A stretch of DNA of 27,813 bases from positions 1-27,813 of the IMG/VR virus record IMGVR_UViG_3300001460_000143. One strand, written 5' to 3'. Both the position numbers and the translations under genes were made by a program. Origin of the DNA: a virus (lineage: Duplodnaviria; Caudoviricetes). The notes beneath the pieces were generated by a model that did not search any database, was not told the origin of the DNA, and saw nothing but the letters and a program-made list of their open reading frames with translations. Shown here in pieces: positions 25,548 to 27,813 of this stretch (position 1 is its first letter; each line of letters starts with the position of its first letter).

Positions 25548-26267
25548 TTATTTCTCCATTAATTTCCAACCATAGGTGCTACCTGAATAAACTAATGCAA
25601 AAGCCGCACCTTCGGTTGCTACTGTAAGATTTTGCACTGAACCATCTATTTTTAAACTGTTTGAATTAACAGTTAGATTATTGTTATCAAAAGAATTTGA
25701 TACATCTACAAACCTAACTTCATCACCTACTGCAGGTCCAGAGGGTAAAGTTACTGTTATTGCACTAGAAGACGTATTTACAAAAAGTTTATCACCAGGA
25801 AAAGCTGTACGAGCCCCTGTAATTGTTGTCCAACTACCGCCTGTAGTTTCTAAATTATACCAATTTGTTCCATCAGTTGCTAAAAAAGCTGTTGTATCAG
25901 GTTGAAGAACAAAAGTATTACCAGAAGCTCCTAATCTGCAAGTTATTGTGTAAGTAGTATCTGAGTTTTTTAAAAAATAAGTTTTTTGAGCAGAAGAACC
26001 TGAGGCAAACTGGACTATAAAATTAGAACCTTGACCTGAAAAAATAATAGCAGCTTGTCTATTTTCATTGCCTGATTGAGCTTGTGGCCCATTGGCTATA
26101 GTAAGTGTATAAGGAGAACTAGCAGAAGATAAATTTTTAGAATAAACACCAGCTATTGATTGTTCTAATGACTGAGATAAGTTGTTGTTTGTTGTAGTGC
26201 CCCAAGCATTAGCTTGATCTCCAACTCCAATTAATTCTATTTGTAATCTATCTGAATATGTTGACAT
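25548..26267 (-). CDS. Tail/baseplate-type structural protein
   Basis: WG.TTN.NL start; C-terminal VTLPSGPAVGDEVRFVD...NLTV...LVY...GW domain found in phage tail fibres. Confidence 0.65.
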   Translation of the reverse strand: MSTYSDRLQIELIGVGDQANAWGTTTNNNLSQSLEQSIAGVYSKNLSSASSPYTLTIANGPQAQSGNENRQAAIIFSGQGSNFIVQFASGSSAQKTYFLKNSDTTYTITCRLGASGNTFVLQPDTTAFLATDGTNWYNLETTGGSWTTITGARTAFPGDKLFVNTSSSAITVTLPSGPAVGDEVRFVDVSNSFDNNNLTVNSNSLKIDGSVQNLTVATEGAAFALVYSGSTYGWKLMEK

Positions 26268-26274
26268 TTTTTAC

Positions 26275-26955
26275 CTATGCTGCATCTAACCAATTATTTG
26301 TAGCATTATCATCCACTTTAGTCCATGTATTTGTTGATGAATCATTTACTGTTTGCCATGCTGTAGTTCCTATAATACCTAAATTAGCAGACATTGGAAG
26401 CCCTGTTGGTAAAGCTATAACTTCTGTTAGTATGGTTACAGTTCCAAGGTTTGAAGAAACAATAGATCCAGAAGGAGTTGCTACTGCTCCTGCGGTAACA
26501 ACGTAACCAGGACCTAAAGTTAAACTAGAAGATAATCCTGTTACTCCAACAGTTTGATTTTGAACAGCTGCAGGAGTCACTGTACCTAAAGCAGAACTTA
26601 TTTCCTGTCCTGTTACAGGAGCACCTAAGTTAGCAAGAGTTGTTCCGAGAGCCGTGCTCGCTGATAAACCTGTTACTTGAACAAGAGCCGTGCCAGAAAC
26701 TACAGGAGTTCCTAATACAAAATCCATATCAGGTTCGCTTGATGCGTCAATAGATACCTGACCTCCCGCTGTAACACCAAATGTTCCGATATTAGCGTTT
26801 AAGCCAAAACCTGTTAATTGAATTGTGGCAGGTTGACTTTTAATAGTAACAGTTCCAACAGCACTTGATACTGCTTGTCCTGTTACAACAACTTTTGCTG
26901 TGTCAACTTCACCTGAGAAAGGAGATGAAGCAAAGGCGTTAAAACCAAATAACAC
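26275..26955 (-). CDS. Virion structural protein with VTG...LG repeats
   Basis: 226 aa, MLFG..AF...PFS start (GTG), repeated VTG.S.S..LG.V units, W..V end. Confidence 0.65.
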   Translation of the reverse strand: MLFGFNAFASSPFSGEVDTAKVVVTGQAVSSAVGTVTIKSQPATIQLTGFGLNANIGTFGVTAGGQVSIDASSEPDMDFVLGTPVVSGTALVQVTGLSASTALGTTLANLGAPVTGQEISSALGTVTPAAVQNQTVGVTGLSSSLTLGPGYVVTAGAVATPSGSIVSSNLGTVTILTEVIALPTGLPMSANLGIIGTTAWQTVNDSSTNTWTKVDDNATNNWLDAA

Positions 26956-26957
26956 GG

Positions 26958-27239
26958 TTACGCTCCTGGTTTAGTCGGCCAAGTTACTGAGTTTACTTTT
27001 TCTACTGTATCTAATCCTGTAGTGAGATCTCTTAAATCTTGTCTATAAGTTTTCATAGCATCAGACATTGTATTATCTGCTAAAGCTGTCCAATCTGTTT
27101 TAGCAAGAAGTGAGTTTCTTGTGCTTCTTAAAGTGTTAATAGCCATTTCAAACCCATGTGTTTGTTGGTCAAGTTCATAAGCTGAAGTTTCTTCAGTAGT
27201 CATATCTCTGACAACTCCGTTAATTGCTATCTTAGGCAT
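26958..27239 (-). CDS. Phage tail assembly chaperone
   Basis: LR..RN.LL..TDW....D......YRQ.LRDL...WP.KP signature. Confidence 0.85.
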   Translation of the reverse strand: MPKIAINGVVRDMTTEETSAYELDQQTHGFEMAINTLRSTRNSLLAKTDWTALADNTMSDAMKTYRQDLRDLTTGLDTVEKVNSVTWPTKPGA

Positions 27240-27813
27240 TTGTTACTCCATATACTTTGACATCATGTTGGATAATATTTGCTGAATTTCCTACTACTGT
27301 AAAACCTCTATGACTTTCTGCATTGGTATTAGCACCTATAAATTGTGCTCCAAGATATGCACCAGTAGTATCGTGCCAACCAAAACTTTGTGAAAAAATA
27401 TGTGTTATGCTTGATGAAAATGGATCGTAAAAATCTATAACAAAGTGTCCACCACGATTTCCGCCACCAGCAACATTTCCGCCAGAATGTCTACCATTAA
27501 ACCAAGAACTTACACCATTACCAGCTTCTCCATACGCAACATTAGTTGAGTAACGACCATCATCTATGTACCTATAATCAGAAAGTCTTGCAGATCCATC
27601 TGATTTTAATAATCGTGTAAAATATCCATTATTTTGTGAATACTCTACTCTCATGTAAACTCGGTAAAATTTATAAGTAGAAGAAAAAACATTATCTATA
27701 TTAAAAGAAGCTACTGTGCTTGTTGAAGAAGTAGAATTAATTAATGTTAATCCTTGTGGTGTGCCAGTTACAGTGCCAGTAAAGGCAAAGTTGTTAGCTA
27801 AATTAATTTTATC
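27232..27813 (-). CDS. Tail fibre-like / receptor-binding accessory protein, 5' truncated by window edge
   Basis: The frame stays open from 27654 to 27813 (DKINLANNFAFTGTVTGTPQGLTLI...); ends VKVYGV; followed by a tail chaperone. Confidence 0.65.
   Translation of the reverse strand, partial: DKINLANNFAFTGTVTGTPQGLTLINSTSSTSTVASFNIDNVFSSTYKFYRVYMRVEYSQNNGYFTRLLKSDGSARLSDYRYIDDGRYSTNVAYGEAGNGVSSWFNGRHSGGNVAGGGNRGGHFVIDFYDPFSSSITHIFSQSFGWHDTTGAYLGAQFIGANTNAESHRGFTVVGNSANIIQHDVKVYGVTNA

Noticed and set aside
3783-26506. Plus-strand ORFs inside long minus-strand genes (e.g. 3783, 4044, 5197, 9846, 9955, 10345, 14806, 15460, 15685, 19959, 20168, 22469, 23041, 23495, 25058, 25681, 26258)
   Set aside because: Antisense shadows of well-supported genes, with no recognisable motifs.
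1-27813. Alternative genetic code, intron/intein, diversity-generating retroelement or integrase
   Set aside because: Genes tile densely under the standard code using all three stop codons; PolA and helicases are uninterrupted; no reverse transcriptase, template/variable repeat pair or recombinase seen.

Overview
AT-rich (by eye about one third GC) fragment of a tailed dsDNA phage genome, most like marine podoviruses of SAR11-type alphaproteobacteria (HTVC023P-like organisation; this assignment is inferred, not searched). Almost all genes are on the minus strand. From right to left: tail/fibre genes and a tail chaperone (22.0-27.8 kb); a small plus-strand island with a 2OG-Fe(II) oxygenase (20.5-21.8 kb); putative internal virion/DNA-ejection proteins (12.4-20.4 kb); a divergent SNF2 helicase; a replication operon (SSB-like protein, AEP primase, UvrD helicase, DUF6378-like protein, Leu762-type DNA polymerase A); a cluster of small genes behind a strong promoter; terminase small subunit; and a VRR-NUC nuclease. 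No capsid, portal, large terminase, integrase, tRNA or CRISPR array is visible. The most interesting unannotated signals are: (1) a ~155-nt multi-stem, pseudoknotted manA-like RNA in a leader whose promoter carries operator-like repeats and drives a ribbon-helix-helix gene missed by the ORF track; (2) a recurring [LFY]-[NA]-x-G-G tag in ejection proteins next to a tape-measure-type GPG..D.IPA.LS.GEFV domain; (3) a small replication-operon protein with a SAVED/CARF/Csx3-like pattern; (4) a GGTTACCT iteron-like cluster upstream of terS.
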